From an uncultured Verrucomicrobiae bacterium (GTDB taxonomy: Bacteria > Verrucomicrobiota > Verrucomicrobiia > Limisphaerales > Palsa-1400): DNA of 64,000 nucleotides. Positions 18,842 through 30,269 of the stretch are shown piece after piece. The position numbers and the translations under genes are program-made. Within the stretch, counting starts at the first letter, position 1, and each line of letters opens with the position of its first letter. The stretch covers positions 96,001 through 160,000 of the forward strand of contig CAVXRD010000002.1 in assembly GCA_963764165.1 (NCBI GenBank), given 5' to 3'. A model generated the notes under the pieces. It did not search any database and was not told the DNA's origin. It saw only the letters and a program-made list of their open reading frames with translations.

Positions 18842-20323
18842 CTACCAAATCGACTTCATCGGCCACACGCTCACGTCGCTGGCCACCGCGTAGCCATCCG
18901 GCGCGCAGAATCGGAGCGTCGGCGTTCCTTCAATTGGCGCGATAACTTTCGTGGCGCAGATCGTTTTATTGACAAACACTTCCAACACAGAGTGATCCAG
19001 GAAAATCCGAAGATCAATATGCCGATGCGTCCCATGAAACGAGAGGGGCGCCCGGGTGTCGGGCATGGTGAATTCATCCGGCGTCACCGTGAATACGATG
19101 GGCGCGCCGGCCCCCTGCCCTTTCAGCGTCAATTCCATTTTTTCCGCGTTGTCAAAATCGATGCTGGTCGAAATCTCGAAGGCATTCGTCGGCGGCAATT
19201 CCATGATGACGCCGCTGTCGGCGAACAAAACGTCGCTCCGCTCCATCGGCGCGCCGCGCAGCTTGGCCAATTGCGGCGCCGGTGTTTGGCGCAGCCGAAA
19301 GTCGTCGCCGATGCTCAACTCACGCGGCAGCGAAAGGCTTCCGTTCCAGCCGCGTCCCTCGGGGAATCCCGTCACCCAGCCCCAGGTAATCCGCCGGCCA
19401 TCCGGAACGAGCATCGTGTTGGGCGCGTAAAAATTCGGGCCGTAATCAGCCCAGCCGTTGGTGCGCGGATGAAATTCACAGTGGTAAGTGTCAAAATCGC
19501 CGACGAAATACTGCACCTTGCCGTAAGGCGAAACGAAAAGGACGAAATGATCACCAAGCGGAAAGAAATTCGGGCACTCGGCCGTGGGAGCGTCCTTGGG
19601 AAGATGAAATAAAATCCCGCGATACTTCCATTTGGTAAGCTCGGGATTCAGCGCCTGATAAATGTTTACAACGCCTTCTCCGCCGTGCGCTTGATTCAAG
19701 TTTCCACCGGCGACCAGATACGTGAGCTTCTGGTAATGAAAAATAAACGGGTCACGCCAATCGTAAACTTTCCGGTGGCCGTTCAACGCCTCGCTCAGCA
19801 CCGGGTTGTCGGCGGATTTGTGCCACGTCATCATGTCGTCGTCGCTGATGGCGGCCCATTGCTCGGCGTGGTTTCCCGGATTCGATCCTGCCGCGATGCT
19901 GGTGTAAAATGCCATTGGCACTCCCAGCCCATTGATCGTGCAGCAGCCTGACCAAATCTCCGCTTCGCCCTTCTCAGACGACGGCCATAGCGCAATCGGC
20001 AACCGCTCCCATTTAACCAGGTCGCGGCTGCGGACGTGGCCCCAGTACTTCGGCCCGCTGCCGTCGCTGTAAGGATTGAGCTGGTAGAACAGATGGAAGT
20101 AATCCTTGTAAAAAACAGGGCCGTTCGGGTCGTTCATCCATTGCGCCGGAGATGTCACATGAAAAATCGGATGCATCGGGTCGGCCTGGGCGCGCGGGAT
20201 GGCGGCTTCCATGGCGGCGGTGGCCTTGGCGATGCTTTCGTTGGTTGGGGCGGCCCGCAATGGCAATGTCAAGAAGACAGCGACCGCGGCCAGCCCAGCG
20301 GCGATTCTGTGAAGAAACGTCAT
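18842..20323 (-). CDS. Secreted glycoside hydrolase family 32 (beta-fructofuranosidase/levanase-like)
   Basis: WMNDPNG, WGH, WSGC, RDP and EC motifs. Signal peptide from ATG 20323. Confidence 0.92.
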   Translation of the reverse strand: MTFLHRIAAGLAAVAVFLTLPLRAAPTNESIAKATAAMEAAIPRAQADPMHPIFHVTSPAQWMNDPNGPVFYKDYFHLFYQLNPYSDGSGPKYWGHVRSRDLVKWERLPIALWPSSEKGEAEIWSGCCTINGLGVPMAFYTSIAAGSNPGNHAEQWAAISDDDMMTWHKSADNPVLSEALNGHRKVYDWRDPFIFHYQKLTYLVAGGNLNQAHGGEGVVNIYQALNPELTKWKYRGILFHLPKDAPTAECPNFFPLGDHFVLFVSPYGKVQYFVGDFDTYHCEFHPRTNGWADYGPNFYAPNTMLVPDGRRITWGWVTGFPEGRGWNGSLSLPRELSIGDDFRLRQTPAPQLAKLRGAPMERSDVLFADSGVIMELPPTNAFEISTSIDFDNAEKMELTLKGQGAGAPIVFTVTPDEFTMPDTRAPLSFHGTHRHIDLRIFLDHSVLEVFVNKTICATKVIAPIEGTPTLRFCAPDGYAVASDVSVWPMKSIW

Positions 20324-20387
20324 GGTTATTGAATTCCGCAAATGAGGCGCATTGTAAACAATTAAACGCGCCCGTTTGCGAAGCGAG

Positions 20388-20487
20388 GTAGGGACGCCTC
20401 GCCGAGGCGTCCGGTTGCGCGGGATTGCCGCCACTGTTTTCGCATGAAGCGCGCCTCACCCCGGACGCCTCGGCGAGGCGTCCCTAC
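20388..20487. repeat. REPIN-like element (copy 2)
   Basis: GTAGGGACGCCTCGCCGAGGCGTCC...GGACGCCTCGGCGAGGCGTCCCTAC. Spacer ends are shared with copy 1. Confidence 0.85.
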
Positions 20488-20539
20488 CTTTTTCGCTTTT
20501 CGTCGTCGAACCTGCCGGATAGGTTTTCCCAGATTGATT

Positions 20540-21589
20540 ATGACCACAGAGAATGCCCGCACCGCTGCCATTGACCTTCGCAGCGACACTGTCACCAAAC
20601 CGACGCCAGCCATGCGCGAGGCGATGGCCAATGCCGAAGTCGGCGACGATGTTTTCGGCGAGGACCCGACCGTCAAAGAACTTGAAGCGGAAACGGCGGC
20701 ATTGCTGGGGAAGGAGGCGGCGCTGTTTGTTGTTTCCGGCACCATGGCCAATCAACTCGCCATTCGCGCCCACACGGAGCCGGGCGATGAGATCATCGTC
20801 GAAGCGGGGGCGCACATATACTACTACGAAGGCGGCGGGCCGGCTGCCTTGAGCGGCGTGATGTGCCGTTTGATTGAAGGCGAGCGAGGCGTTTTCAGCG
20901 GTGCAGCGGTTGAATCAGCATTGAGGCCGGTTGATCCGCATTTTCCGCGCTCGCGCATGGTCTGCATCGAGAACACACACAATCGCGGCGGCGGAAAAAT
21001 CTGGCCAATTGAGAAGATCAATGAGGTCGGCAAAACGGCCAAGGCAAACGGTTTGATTTACCACCTCGACGGCGCGCGCCTCTGGAATGCGGCCATTGCC
21101 ACGGGCATCGCGGAAAAGGAGTGGGCCGCGCCATTCGACTCGGTCAGCGTTTGTTATTCCAAGGGGCTCGGCGCGCCAGTCGGCTCGGCGCTCGTCGGGA
21201 CAAAGGAAGTCATCGCGAGGGCGAAGCGTTTTCGAAAAATGTTCGGCGGCGGCATGCGGCAGGCCGGAATCGTCGCGGCGGGCGCGTTGTATGCCCTCCG
21301 AAATTCTCGCTCGCGACTGGCCGAAGATCACGCAAACGCGAAAGCTCTTGCGGAAGGAATCGCCCGCTGCGGCAAATACGAACTGAACGCGGTTGAGGTG
21401 GAAACGAACATGGTGCGGTTTCGTTTGCCGGGCACTCCCGCAAAAGAATTAATTGAGCGGCTTCGCGCCCACGGAGTTTTGGTGTTGTCATCAGACCGCA
21501 ACACGATCCGCGCTGTTGCAAATTTGATGGTCTCTGCCGAGGACATCCAACGGGCCATCGGCATCATCGCGAAGGTCGCGGAACAATGA
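20540..21589 (+). CDS. ltaE: Low-specificity L-threonine aldolase
   Basis: [38 protein letters not shown] lysine in [12 protein letters not shown]. Confidence 0.93.
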   Translation: MTTENARTAAIDLRSDTVTKPTPAMREAMANAEVGDDVFGEDPTVKELEAETAALLGKEAALFVVSGTMANQLAIRAHTEPGDEIIVEAGAHIYYYEGGGPAALSGVMCRLIEGERGVFSGAAVESALRPVDPHFPRSRMVCIENTHNRGGGKIWPIEKINEVGKTAKANGLIYHLDGARLWNAAIATGIAEKEWAAPFDSVSVCYSKGLGAPVGSALVGTKEVIARAKRFRKMFGGGMRQAGIVAAGALYALRNSRSRLAEDHANAKALAEGIARCGKYELNAVEVETNMVRFRLPGTPAKELIERLRAHGVLVLSSDRNTIRAVANLMVSAEDIQRAIGIIAKVAEQ

Positions 21590-21614
21590 CTTCTCGTTAG
21601 TCAAGTATAACCAT

Positions 21615-22022
21615 ATGAATGCATCCCACGAGGCCTCTGGCGGCACATTCTTTGCGCCACAATTAACCGTTCGCAACGTGCTCATGGCATTGGAGTTTTG
21701 CAAAGCCGCGTTTGACGCGGTGGAATTGCGGCGCTTTACAAACGACGATGGCTCTGTGCATGTCGCTGAAATGACGATTGGCGGCGCGCTGTTCCATATT
21801 CACGAGGCTGTGCCGGCTTCAAAGGAAATCAGCCCGGAAACAGCCAATGGAACCACCGTGTTGATCGGACTGTTCGTCAACGATCCTGCGGCGACTGCGA
21901 AAAAAGCAGTGGCCGCCGGCGCCGTGGAATTCAAGCCGGTCACAGATTACTTTTACGGCTATCGCCAGGGAACGATTATCGATCCTTTGGGCCACCATTG
22001 GCTCATCCAGAAAAAGATTTAA
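21615..22022 (+). CDS. VOC/glyoxalase-family (PhnB-like) protein
   Basis: AFDAVE, HVAEMTIG, FYGYRQGTIIDPLGHHW. Confidence 0.85.
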   Translation: MNASHEASGGTFFAPQLTVRNVLMALEFCKAAFDAVELRRFTNDDGSVHVAEMTIGGALFHIHEAVPASKEISPETANGTTVLIGLFVNDPAATAKKAVAAGAVEFKPVTDYFYGYRQGTIIDPLGHHWLIQKKI

Positions 22023-22027
22023 CCGTT

Positions 22028-24340
22028 GTGAAACAAAAATTCATCCGATCCTTCGCCACCTCAATCCTGTTGGCTTTCGCCACGTTCGCTCTGCCTTCGC
22101 CGGCGGCAGCGGCAACTTTCTCGATTGGCGAAACAAATTTCCTGCTCAACGGGAAACCTTTCCAAATCAAAGCTGGGGAAATGCACCCGGCGCGTATTCC
22201 CCATCAATATTGGGCCGACCGCCTTCGCATGGCGCACGCGATGGGCCTCAATACCATTTCGATTTACGTTTTCTGGAATCAGTTCGAGGAACGCGAAGGC
22301 CACTTCAATTTCACCGGCGATGCGGATGTTGCGCAATTCGTGCGGCTCGCGCAAGCGGAAGGCTTGTGGGTCATACTGCGGCCTGGCCCTTACGTTTGCG
22401 CCGAGTGGGAATTTGGCGGATATCCATGGTGGCTGCTGAAAGATCACGATCTCAAAGTACGAAGCCAGGACGCGAAATTTCTGGCCGCGTCCGAGCGTTA
22501 CTTGAAGAAACTCGGCGAGCAGCTCGCGCCCCTGCAAATCACACACGGCGGGCCGATCATCATGATTCAAGTGGAAAACGAATACGGCAGCTACGGAGCC
22601 GACCACGTCTACATGGGAAAAATCCGCGACATGGAACGCGCGGCGGGATTCGACATCCCGCAGTTTACCGCCGATGGCGGCGGCAGGATGATGGCTGGCG
22701 GCTATGTCGAAGGCGCCCTGCCCGGCCTCAACGGCGGCAGCGGTCCGGAAATAATGCGTGAAGTTGGAAAATATCGCCCGAATGGCCCTTGGTTCGTGCC
22801 GGAATTCTATCCCGGCTGGCTTGATCATTGGGGCGAGGCGCACGCGCATACCGAAACCGCGGGCGTCGTGCGCGAAACCGAATGGAAACTGACCAACGGC
22901 GTCTCGTTTTGCTACTACATGGTTTACGGCGGCACATCGTTCGGATTCACCAGCGGGGCGAATTATGGCGGGCACTTCCAACCTCAGCCCACCAGCTACG
23001 ATTATGACGCGCCTATCGATGAAATGGGACGGCCGACCGAGAAATTCATCGCCCTGCGCGAGCTTTTTGCAAAACATCTCGCTCCCGGCGAATCCTTGCC
23101 GGATGTCCCGCCAACCACACCTGTGCTCGAAATTCCGAACATTGAATTAAACAGTTCTGCAAGTATATTTGACAGCCTAAAGTCGCCGGTGAAATCCCCC
23201 AAACCCTTGAGCTTTGAAGATATCGATCAAGCCTATGGCTTTGTGAATTACCGCGCCAAACTTTCCGGCCCGGTTCACGGCACTTTGAAAATCAAAGAGC
23301 TTCGCGATTTCGCCGTCGTTTGCATCGACGGCAAACGCATCGCCACCCTCGACCGGCGTCACAATCAAAGCACCGTTGCCATTAGCACAGACAAACCGGC
23401 AACGCTGGACATCCTGGTGGAAAACGGCGGTCGCATCAATTACGGCTCGCGCATTCCAGATAATCGCAAGGGAATCACGGAGTCAGTCATGCTGGACGGC
23501 AAAGAAATCCTCGGCTGGGAAATGTATCATCTTCCGTTTGACAAAGTCTCCGGCCTCAAATTCAAGTCCGAATCACAAGCCGCCGCGCCCGCCGTTCACA
23601 AGGGAACTTTCAGCATTTCAGAAATCGGCGATGCGTTTCTCGACATGCGCAATTGGGGCAAAGGCATCGTGATCGTCAATGGCCATAATCTCGGCCGCTA
23701 TTGGAACATTGGCCCACAGCAGACGCTCTATCTGCCGGGCGTCTGGCTAAAAAAAGGCAAAAACGAAATCGTCGTCTTCGAGGAAATGAAGGATGACGCC
23801 CACAATCTCGCCGCCATCAAAACGCCGATCCTCAGCGAGCTTCACCGCGACGCGAGCGCTCCCGCGCGCGGCCCGATGAAAACGCCGCGACTCGAGTCCT
23901 CAACGCCCATCGAGGAAGGCGCCTTGGCTGCGGGAAAAACAGCGCAAGATATTAGGTTTGACACTCAAAAAGGCCGCTTTCTTTGCCTGCAAGCGCTCTC
24001 ATCCCACAACGGCGACGAATACACCACCCTCGCCGAACTCGACGCGCTCGACGCCGCAGGCCAGCCCCTTCCGCACGACGGCTGGCGCGTTGCTTATGTG
24101 GACAGCGAAGAAACGTCCGCGGAGGATTCGCAGGCGGAAAACGCATTCGACGGCGACGCGGATTCCTTCTGGCATTCGCAATGGAGCGCGCCGCATTCCG
24201 CGCATCCGCACACGCTCGTCATCGATCTCGGGGCGGAGCGCGAACTTTCCGGTCTTCGCCTGCTTCCACGCCAGGACTCCGCCAATGGCCGAATCAAAGA
24301 CTATCGCGTCTATTTAAGCACCGCGTGGTGGGGTGATTAG
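22028..24340 (+). CDS. Secreted GH35 beta-galactosidase with C-terminal F5/8 type C (CBM32-like) domain
   Basis: GEMHPARIP, LRPGPYVCAEW, QVENEYG, EFYPGW, TSYDYDAP. C-terminal AFDGD..FWHS..HPHTLVIDLG. Confidence 0.93.
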   Translation: MKQKFIRSFATSILLAFATFALPSPAAAATFSIGETNFLLNGKPFQIKAGEMHPARIPHQYWADRLRMAHAMGLNTISIYVFWNQFEEREGHFNFTGDADVAQFVRLAQAEGLWVILRPGPYVCAEWEFGGYPWWLLKDHDLKVRSQDAKFLAASERYLKKLGEQLAPLQITHGGPIIMIQVENEYGSYGADHVYMGKIRDMERAAGFDIPQFTADGGGRMMAGGYVEGALPGLNGGSGPEIMREVGKYRPNGPWFVPEFYPGWLDHWGEAHAHTETAGVVRETEWKLTNGVSFCYYMVYGGTSFGFTSGANYGGHFQPQPTSYDYDAPIDEMGRPTEKFIALRELFAKHLAPGESLPDVPPTTPVLEIPNIELNSSASIFDSLKSPVKSPKPLSFEDIDQAYGFVNYRAKLSGPVHGTLKIKELRDFAVVCIDGKRIATLDRRHNQSTVAISTDKPATLDILVENGGRINYGSRIPDNRKGITESVMLDGKEILGWEMYHLPFDKVSGLKFKSESQAAAPAVHKGTFSISEIGDAFLDMRNWGKGIVIVNGHNLGRYWNIGPQQTLYLPGVWLKKGKNEIVVFEEMKDDAHNLAAIKTPILSELHRDASAPARGPMKTPRLESSTPIEEGALAAGKTAQDIRFDTQKGRFLCLQALSSHNGDEYTTLAELDALDAAGQPLPHDGWRVAYVDSEETSAEDSQAENAFDGDADSFWHSQWSAPHSAHPHTLVIDLGAERELSGLRLLPRQDSANGRIKDYRVYLSTAWWGD

Positions 24341-24416
24341 CCCAAGATTTTACCCGGACGGAAAGAGCGGGCTGCCCTCCGATTGGAATGCGGCTGCACA
24401 AGGCCTATGTTGCTCC

Positions 24417-24818
24417 ATGAATACGAAATCGTTGTTACTTGGAGTGGGCGTCGGAGTTCTCGGACTCACATCGACGCTGGTTGCCGGCGTTCGTGAACCT
24501 TATGTTCCGGACGTGGGCGTTGGAATAACTCAAACGCAACATATCGAAGCCGCCAACCGGCAGGCGTTAAATCAACTTTCGCCCGCCGCGCGGCAGACAG
24601 TTGAACGGACAATCGGAGACGATCAAATTCGCTCCGTGAAAGTGGAAACCTCCACCGGAACGGAAACCTACAAGGTTCAATTGGTTCGCCAGCCGGGAAC
24701 GGAAGGCACGCCGACCGTGGTCGTTTCGCAGGATGGCACGCTGGTGCGCGAGTCGCACATGGATAACGCTGCAACTTGCGTGATGACGCCGGATTCTGGC
24801 GCTCAGTCCAACCGGTAA
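24417..24818 (+). CDS. Small secreted protein, PepSY-like
   Basis: Signal peptide. LSPAARQTVE..YKVQL..VVVSQDGTLV pattern. Confidence 0.6.
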   Translation: MNTKSLLLGVGVGVLGLTSTLVAGVREPYVPDVGVGITQTQHIEAANRQALNQLSPAARQTVERTIGDDQIRSVKVETSTGTETYKVQLVRQPGTEGTPTVVVSQDGTLVRESHMDNAATCVMTPDSGAQSNR

Positions 24819-24831
24819 TGTCAAGGCGCGG

Positions 24832-25569
24832 TCAGTGGTGGTGTTCAACGCCGCGGCTATGCTGCCAAGCGTGAACAATGTGACTGACAATGTCCTCCAC
24901 CCCTGGGCCGTGTTTGACCTGAGCGAATATGAATGGACCGTGACCCCGCATTTTGCGAGCGTCACGGTCCATCACATTTAGATCGGCGCCGACCGCCGCA
25001 GCAAGGTCGGTTTTATTGATGACAAGCAGATCGGCCTGCGTAATGCCGGGACCACCCTTCCTCGGAATTTTATCTCCTCCCGCTACGTCGATGACATACA
25101 CGGTGTAGTCGGCGAGTTCACGGCTGAAGTGAGCGGCCAGATTATCACCTCCAGATTCCAGCAACATCATGTCTGGACGAAATCTGGCGTGAAGGTCCTC
25201 CAACGCTAACAAGTTCGCGGAAATGTCCTCCCGAATGGCGGCGTGCGGGCAACCCCCCGTTTCGACGGCGCGAATGCGGTCTGGCTCCAGCGCTTGGTGG
25301 CGTACAAGAAATTCCCCGTCTTCCTTTGTGAAAATATCGTTCGTCACGGCGGCGATGTTGAACTTCTCGCGAAGCCGCAAGCAGAGTGCCAGCATCAATG
25401 CCGTCTTTCCGCTTCCGACCGGGCCCCCCACTCCGATAGTGAACGCGCGTGTCTTGAAATCGCGCGAGAGCGGTTTTTCCCGCTGATCAAAATGGCCCGG
25501 GTGCTCCATGGGTTCATGGGTGTGATCGTGGCCGTGCGTGTGGGAATGGGAATGAGATGGCGCGCTCAT
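24832..25569 (-). CDS. ureG: Urease accessory GTPase with His-rich N-terminus
   Basis: [28 protein letters not shown]-terminal [14 protein letters not shown]. Confidence 0.96.
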   Translation of the reverse strand: MSAPSHSHSHTHGHDHTHEPMEHPGHFDQREKPLSRDFKTRAFTIGVGGPVGSGKTALMLALCLRLREKFNIAAVTNDIFTKEDGEFLVRHQALEPDRIRAVETGGCPHAAIREDISANLLALEDLHARFRPDMMLLESGGDNLAAHFSRELADYTVYVIDVAGGDKIPRKGGPGITQADLLVINKTDLAAAVGADLNVMDRDARKMRGHGPFIFAQVKHGPGVEDIVSHIVHAWQHSRGVEHHH

Positions 25570-25575
25570 AGTTGG

Positions 25576-26244
25576 CTAGCTTTGAAATAACCTGGAATAA
25601 AGTCGATCCTGCGCGCCCTGCCACATTTCGATCAATGGCGCTGTCTGGGCGGCTTCGCCAATCTCAATGGCGCCGCATTCGGCGAAGATGGCACGGGCGG
25701 AATTTCCAAGGCGATGCTGCATCGTCTGGCCTTCCATCGGACCCACAATGCCAAGCCTCACCGCTGCGGCGATCAGTCCGCGCAGGTGCTGGAAGCAAAA
25801 AATTTCCGCTCCGTCGCCCAGGCCGAGGCCAAGCGCGTCAGTCACCGCGCCGAACACTGGCGCGAAATGGCCGCACGGTGGAAGCGCGGGCAATCCACTT
25901 AAATCGCCAGAAAAAATTCTTTTTGCCGAGCCGTGAAACGCCCTCCCCTGCAACCGGCTGGCTCGATTGGCGACGTGATTGGAGATAAACGCGTCGCATT
26001 GCAAATCGAATTCGACGAGCCGTCCTGGATTTGCATGGGCGGCCTTGAAAAACGGCAGGCTGGCGTGAGCAAACTGGCTCAAACTCGATTCAAGAAATCC
26101 TGTCAAATCAACGCGGCCATTGATTTCACCGTGGTGCCACGCGGCTTCGAGGCCCGCGCTGTGGGCGAAACCGCCGCTCGGAAAAGCAGAGTCGGCCAGT
26201 TGCCAGATCAGCCAGGCATCAGCGCTTTTGCAGTGAGTTTTCAA
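25576..26244 (-). CDS. ureF: Urease accessory protein UreF
   Basis: [26 protein letters not shown]-terminal SRLFQS. Confidence 0.93.
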   Translation of the reverse strand: MKTHCKSADAWLIWQLADSAFPSGGFAHSAGLEAAWHHGEINGRVDLTGFLESSLSQFAHASLPFFKAAHANPGRLVEFDLQCDAFISNHVANRASRLQGRAFHGSAKRIFSGDLSGLPALPPCGHFAPVFGAVTDALGLGLGDGAEIFCFQHLRGLIAAAVRLGIVGPMEGQTMQHRLGNSARAIFAECGAIEIGEAAQTAPLIEMWQGAQDRLYSRLFQS

Positions 26245-27956
26245 AATAAACTGTAGCGTTGCGCGAGCGGCAGAATCCTGGCTGGCTCGCAGACCAGCGG
26301 TTGTCCGTCCGCAGTCACTTCGTATGTTTCGGGATCGACGGTGATGCGCGGGATGGCGTCATTCCACTTCATATCTTTTTTTCCAAGTTTGCGGCAATTG
26401 CGAACGGCTTCGATTCGCTTTTGCAAACCATAGCCACCTGCCACGCCTTTTTCCGCGCACAACTTGCTGACAAACGCGATGGACGAACGCCCCGCCGCGA
26501 TGCCAAACGCACCGAACATCGGGCGCATGATGACGGGTTGTGGCGTAGGGATGGAGGCATTGGGATCGCCCATTTGCGACCACGCGATCAATCCGCCTTT
26601 GACCACCATTTCGGGCTTCACCCCAAAAAACGCGGGCTTCCACAAAACCAAATCGGCCAGTTTTCCCACTTCAACGGAGCCGATGCAATGGCCCATGCCG
26701 TGGGCAATGGCGGGATTTATAGTGTACTTGGAAATGTAGCGCTTGATGCGGAGATTGTCGGCGCCGGATTTTTCACCGGGCAGCGCGCCGCGCTGCTGCT
26801 TCATCTTGTCGGCCGTTTGCCATGTGCGCGTGATGACTTCCCCGATGCGGCCCATCGCCTGCGAATCCGAACTCATCATGCTGATCGCGCCCAAGTCGTG
26901 CAAAATATCCTCGGCCGCGATGGTTTCACCGCGAATGCGGCTTTCCGCAAAAGCCACGTCTTCAGGAAGGCTTGGGTCGAGATGGTGGCAAACCATCAGC
27001 ATGTCCAAATGCTCGTCAATCGTATTGACAGTGTAGGGGCGGGTCGGATTGGTGGAGCTGGGCAGCACATGAGCTTCGCCGCAAATTCGAATAATGTCCG
27101 GCGCATGGCCGCCGCCCGCGCCTTCGGAGTGATACGTGTGAATCGTGCGGCCTTTGATTGCCGCCAGTGTCGCCTCGACAAATCCAGATTCGTTCAGGGT
27201 GTCGGTGTGAATAGTAATTTGAACATCGTGCTCATCGGCCACTGCAAGGCAGCAATCGATTGCGGCGGGCGTTGTCCCCCAATCTTCGTGCAACTTGAGT
27301 CCAACCGCTCCCGCCAGAATTTGCTCTGGCAAACCCGCGGGCATCGCGGTGTTGCCTTTGCCGGTAAAACCAAAATTGAGCGGCAGCGCGTCCGTCGCCT
27401 GCAGCATTCGCTCGAGGTAAAACGCGCCCGGTGTGCAGGTTGTCGCGCAAGTGCCTGTCGCCGGACCGGTGCCGCCGCCGACCATCGTCGTTAATCCTGC
27501 GGCGATAGCTTCATGCGCTTGCTGGGGGCAAATGAAATGAATGTGCGTATCAAGTCCGCCTGCCGTCACGATCATCCCCTCGCCGGCGATGACTTCGGTT
27601 GTCACGCCGATGATCATTCCTTTTGTCACGCCCGCCATCACGTCGGGATTTCCCGCTTTGCCGATGCCGGAAATCAGGCCGTTCTTAATGCCGATATCGG
27701 CCTTGTAAATCCCAGTGTAATCCACCACCAGCGCATTCGTAATAACGCAGTCCAGCGCATCCGCCTGCGCGACACCAGCCGCCTGCCCCTGCCCTTCGCG
27801 AATCGTTTTGCCGCCGCCGAATTTGCATTCATCGCCGTAAACGGTGAAGTCGCGTTCCACTTCCAGAACCAGTGACGTGTCCGCCAGCCGGACCTTGTCA
27901 CCCGTGGTCGGCCCGAACATTTCGGCGTAATGCCGCCGTTTCATTTTGTGTGGCAT
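26241..27956 (-). CDS. ureC: Urease alpha subunit
   Basis: [54 protein letters not shown]. Confidence 0.98.
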   Translation of the reverse strand: MPHKMKRRHYAEMFGPTTGDKVRLADTSLVLEVERDFTVYGDECKFGGGKTIREGQGQAAGVAQADALDCVITNALVVDYTGIYKADIGIKNGLISGIGKAGNPDVMAGVTKGMIIGVTTEVIAGEGMIVTAGGLDTHIHFICPQQAHEAIAAGLTTMVGGGTGPATGTCATTCTPGAFYLERMLQATDALPLNFGFTGKGNTAMPAGLPEQILAGAVGLKLHEDWGTTPAAIDCCLAVADEHDVQITIHTDTLNESGFVEATLAAIKGRTIHTYHSEGAGGGHAPDIIRICGEAHVLPSSTNPTRPYTVNTIDEHLDMLMVCHHLDPSLPEDVAFAESRIRGETIAAEDILHDLGAISMMSSDSQAMGRIGEVITRTWQTADKMKQQRGALPGEKSGADNLRIKRYISKYTINPAIAHGMGHCIGSVEVGKLADLVLWKPAFFGVKPEMVVKGGLIAWSQMGDPNASIPTPQPVIMRPMFGAFGIAAGRSSIAFVSKLCAEKGVAGGYGLQKRIEAVRNCRKLGKKDMKWNDAIPRITVDPETYEVTADGQPLVCEPARILPLAQRYSLF

Positions 27957-27959
27957 GCG

Positions 27960-28718
27960 TCAGGAAGATTGATGCGAAAAACCCTGTTTCGCCGCGCGTT
28001 CCATCGCGGTCTTTTGGCCCGCTTCGGAAACCGGCCCGTCACTTAAATTATTTCCGCCGCGTATGACCCGCCCGCCCGCGATTTCAACCACCTGAACGGT
28101 TTTGGTTTCGCCGGGCTCGAAACGCACTGCGGTTCCGGCAGGAATATCGAGCCGCTTGCCATAGGCCAAAGCGCGGTCGAATTTCAACGAAGCATTCGTT
28201 TCGATGAAATGGTAATGGCTGCCCACTTGCACCGGGCGATCACCCAGGTTCGTCACAGCGAGCGAGGCGGTTGCGCGTCCCGCATTCAATTCCAATTCGC
28301 CATCTTCCGCTGTGCATTCGCCGGGTTCGAAATCCGAATTTGCGGATTGGAACGCGGAGGATTTTGGGATCGGCAGGAAACTTCCGTAAAGAGCCAGCTC
28401 CAGATTCCCATTCTCGGCGGCGATTGGGTGATGCACTGTGACTAATTTGGTGCCGTCGGGAAACGTGCCCTCCACTTGCACCTCAGTCACCATGGCCGGA
28501 ACGCCGTCCATGACTTGGTTGCGGCCCAAAAACTGCCGGCCAAGGTTCATCAACTCGGCCACGCGGCGCCCGTCACGTATAAATTCAAGCAATTGGGCAG
28601 CGATCAGCGCGACGGATTCGGGGTGGTTCAGGCGCAGGCCACGCGCGAGGCGCTTTTGGGCCAAATAGCCCGCCTGATGCAAAATCAGTTTGTCAATTTC
28701 ACGGGGATTTAGGTGCAT
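27960..28718 (-). CDS. ureAB: Fused urease gamma-beta subunit
   Basis: Gamma: [27 protein letters not shown]. Beta: [27 protein letters not shown]. Confidence 0.96.
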   Translation of the reverse strand: MHLNPREIDKLILHQAGYLAQKRLARGLRLNHPESVALIAAQLLEFIRDGRRVAELMNLGRQFLGRNQVMDGVPAMVTEVQVEGTFPDGTKLVTVHHPIAAENGNLELALYGSFLPIPKSSAFQSANSDFEPGECTAEDGELELNAGRATASLAVTNLGDRPVQVGSHYHFIETNASLKFDRALAYGKRLDIPAGTAVRFEPGETKTVQVVEIAGGRVIRGGNNLSDGPVSEAGQKTAMERAAKQGFSHQSS

Positions 28719-28727
28719 GCGATGAGA

Positions 28728-29567
28728 TTACCATTTTCGCGCCCACGGGTCATCACCCAAAAATTCGGGAGCAAATTTCAAAAGCCGCCGGACAGTCCGG
28801 CTCACTTCCTCGCCGCTTTCGCCAGCCACCCGCACAATCGCGCCCTGCGAAATGGCGCTGGCGCTGAGAATCAGGGGAGCGCGCCGGGCGACGGGCATGA
28901 GATTAATTTCTTCGAGGATTGCAGACGCGGCAGACGCGGCCATCGGCCCCGTCAAGACTAATAAAGCGATGCAATTAAACCGCCCCATCCGGCTGGAGGA
29001 TTCCAACGGCCCATGCATTTGGTCGAGCAGGAGCGAATCAACCAGCAATGTTTTTCCGCCAACGAGAATTTCATTGCGGCTCTGCAATCGGTGGAAGGAC
29101 CAGCGCTCGTGCCGCGCGGCCCGGCCGGAACCGTACCAATCCAGCAAAACCAAATTTGCGGTCGGCGCAAGGTGGAATTCCTGCCGCTGTGTGTAAACCG
29201 AGCCCGCGAACGATTGCACCGGGTCGGGCGCCAGCACCAAGAGTGAATCCTCCGATAAAGTGGCGCGCAACGAATGGCTGCATGGGCGATGGCGCGGGTT
29301 GCGGTAAATTTTTGTGGAAGCCTGGGTGGTTAAAAAGCAGCGCGTGCCACTGCCCAACCGAACGTCAAGACTAGTTTCGTCACCCGCGACGAATCCGCCG
29401 CCGTATGTTCCCACACACGCCCAAACGCTGCTGCCGCGCGCACGGGGAATGAGCAATTTCATCGGGCTGGAAGCGCAGGCAGCAGTGGCGGCGCTGCAAC
29501 CGGCCACCACGTCCACTTCAAGGCGGGATTTGGCGACGTCCTCAAGCATATGCGGGGCGGGAATCAT
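28728..29567 (-). CDS. ureD: Urease accessory protein UreD
   Basis: YGGGFVAGD, LTTQASTKIY, PDPV, within the urease operon. Confidence 0.9.
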   Translation of the reverse strand: MIPAPHMLEDVAKSRLEVDVVAGCSAATAACASSPMKLLIPRARGSSVWACVGTYGGGFVAGDETSLDVRLGSGTRCFLTTQASTKIYRNPRHRPCSHSLRATLSEDSLLVLAPDPVQSFAGSVYTQRQEFHLAPTANLVLLDWYGSGRAARHERWSFHRLQSRNEILVGGKTLLVDSLLLDQMHGPLESSSRMGRFNCIALLVLTGPMAASAASAILEEINLMPVARRAPLILSASAISQGAIVRVAGESGEEVSRTVRRLLKFAPEFLGDDPWARKW

Positions 29568-29573
29568 CCAATA

Positions 29574-30269
29574 TCACACTGTGAGATGCTTTTTGACGTT
29601 GGGATCGTTCAAGTTCGCAATCGGCCCCTCGGCCACGACCGCGCCTCGATCCATGATGTAAAACGTGTCCCCCACTTGAAGGCAGAAATCCAAATATTGC
29701 TCAACGAGGAGAATGCTGATTTTGCCTTCCTTCTTGATGCGCATAAGCGTGTCGCCAATGAGATCAATGATGTTGGGCTGAATCCCTTCTGTCGGTTCGT
29801 CAAGGAGAAGGATTGAGGGATTGGTGAGCAGCGCGCGGGCAATGGCGAGCTGCTGCTGCTGGCCGCCGCTGAGGACGCCGCCTTTGCGCTGCAGCATTTC
29901 CTTCAGCACCGGGAATAATTCCAGCACGCGGTCCAGATCGGCGCCGGGCTTTGTTCCATGGATGACCATGCTGATTTTCAAATTCTCCCAAACAGTGAGA
30001 TTGGGAAAAATGTCGCGGCCCTGCGGAACGTAGGCCAAGCCCATTCTGGCGCGATCATCGGGAGGGAGCGACGAAATCTCTTTGCCCTTGAATTTGATCG
30101 ATCCGCCGTCAATTTTCGTCAGCCCGATGATCGATCTGAGCGTTGTTGTTTTGCCGACGCCGTTGCGGCCCATCAGGCAGACGAGGCTGCGCTCGGGCAC
30201 GCTCAGCTTGACGCCGCGCAGGATGCGCGAGCCTTCGTAGGAAACGGCAAGTCCAGAGACGTCGAGCAT
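29574..30269 (-). CDS. urtE: Urea ABC transporter ATP-binding protein UrtE
   Basis: GRNGVGKT, VPQGRDIFP, LSGGQQQQ, DEPTEGIQP. Start placed at ATG 30269. Confidence 0.92.
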   Translation of the reverse strand: MLDVSGLAVSYEGSRILRGVKLSVPERSLVCLMGRNGVGKTTTLRSIIGLTKIDGGSIKFKGKEISSLPPDDRARMGLAYVPQGRDIFPNLTVWENLKISMVIHGTKPGADLDRVLELFPVLKEMLQRKGGVLSGGQQQQLAIARALLTNPSILLLDEPTEGIQPNIIDLIGDTLMRIKKEGKISILLVEQYLDFCLQVGDTFYIMDRGAVVAEGPIANLNDPNVKKHLTV

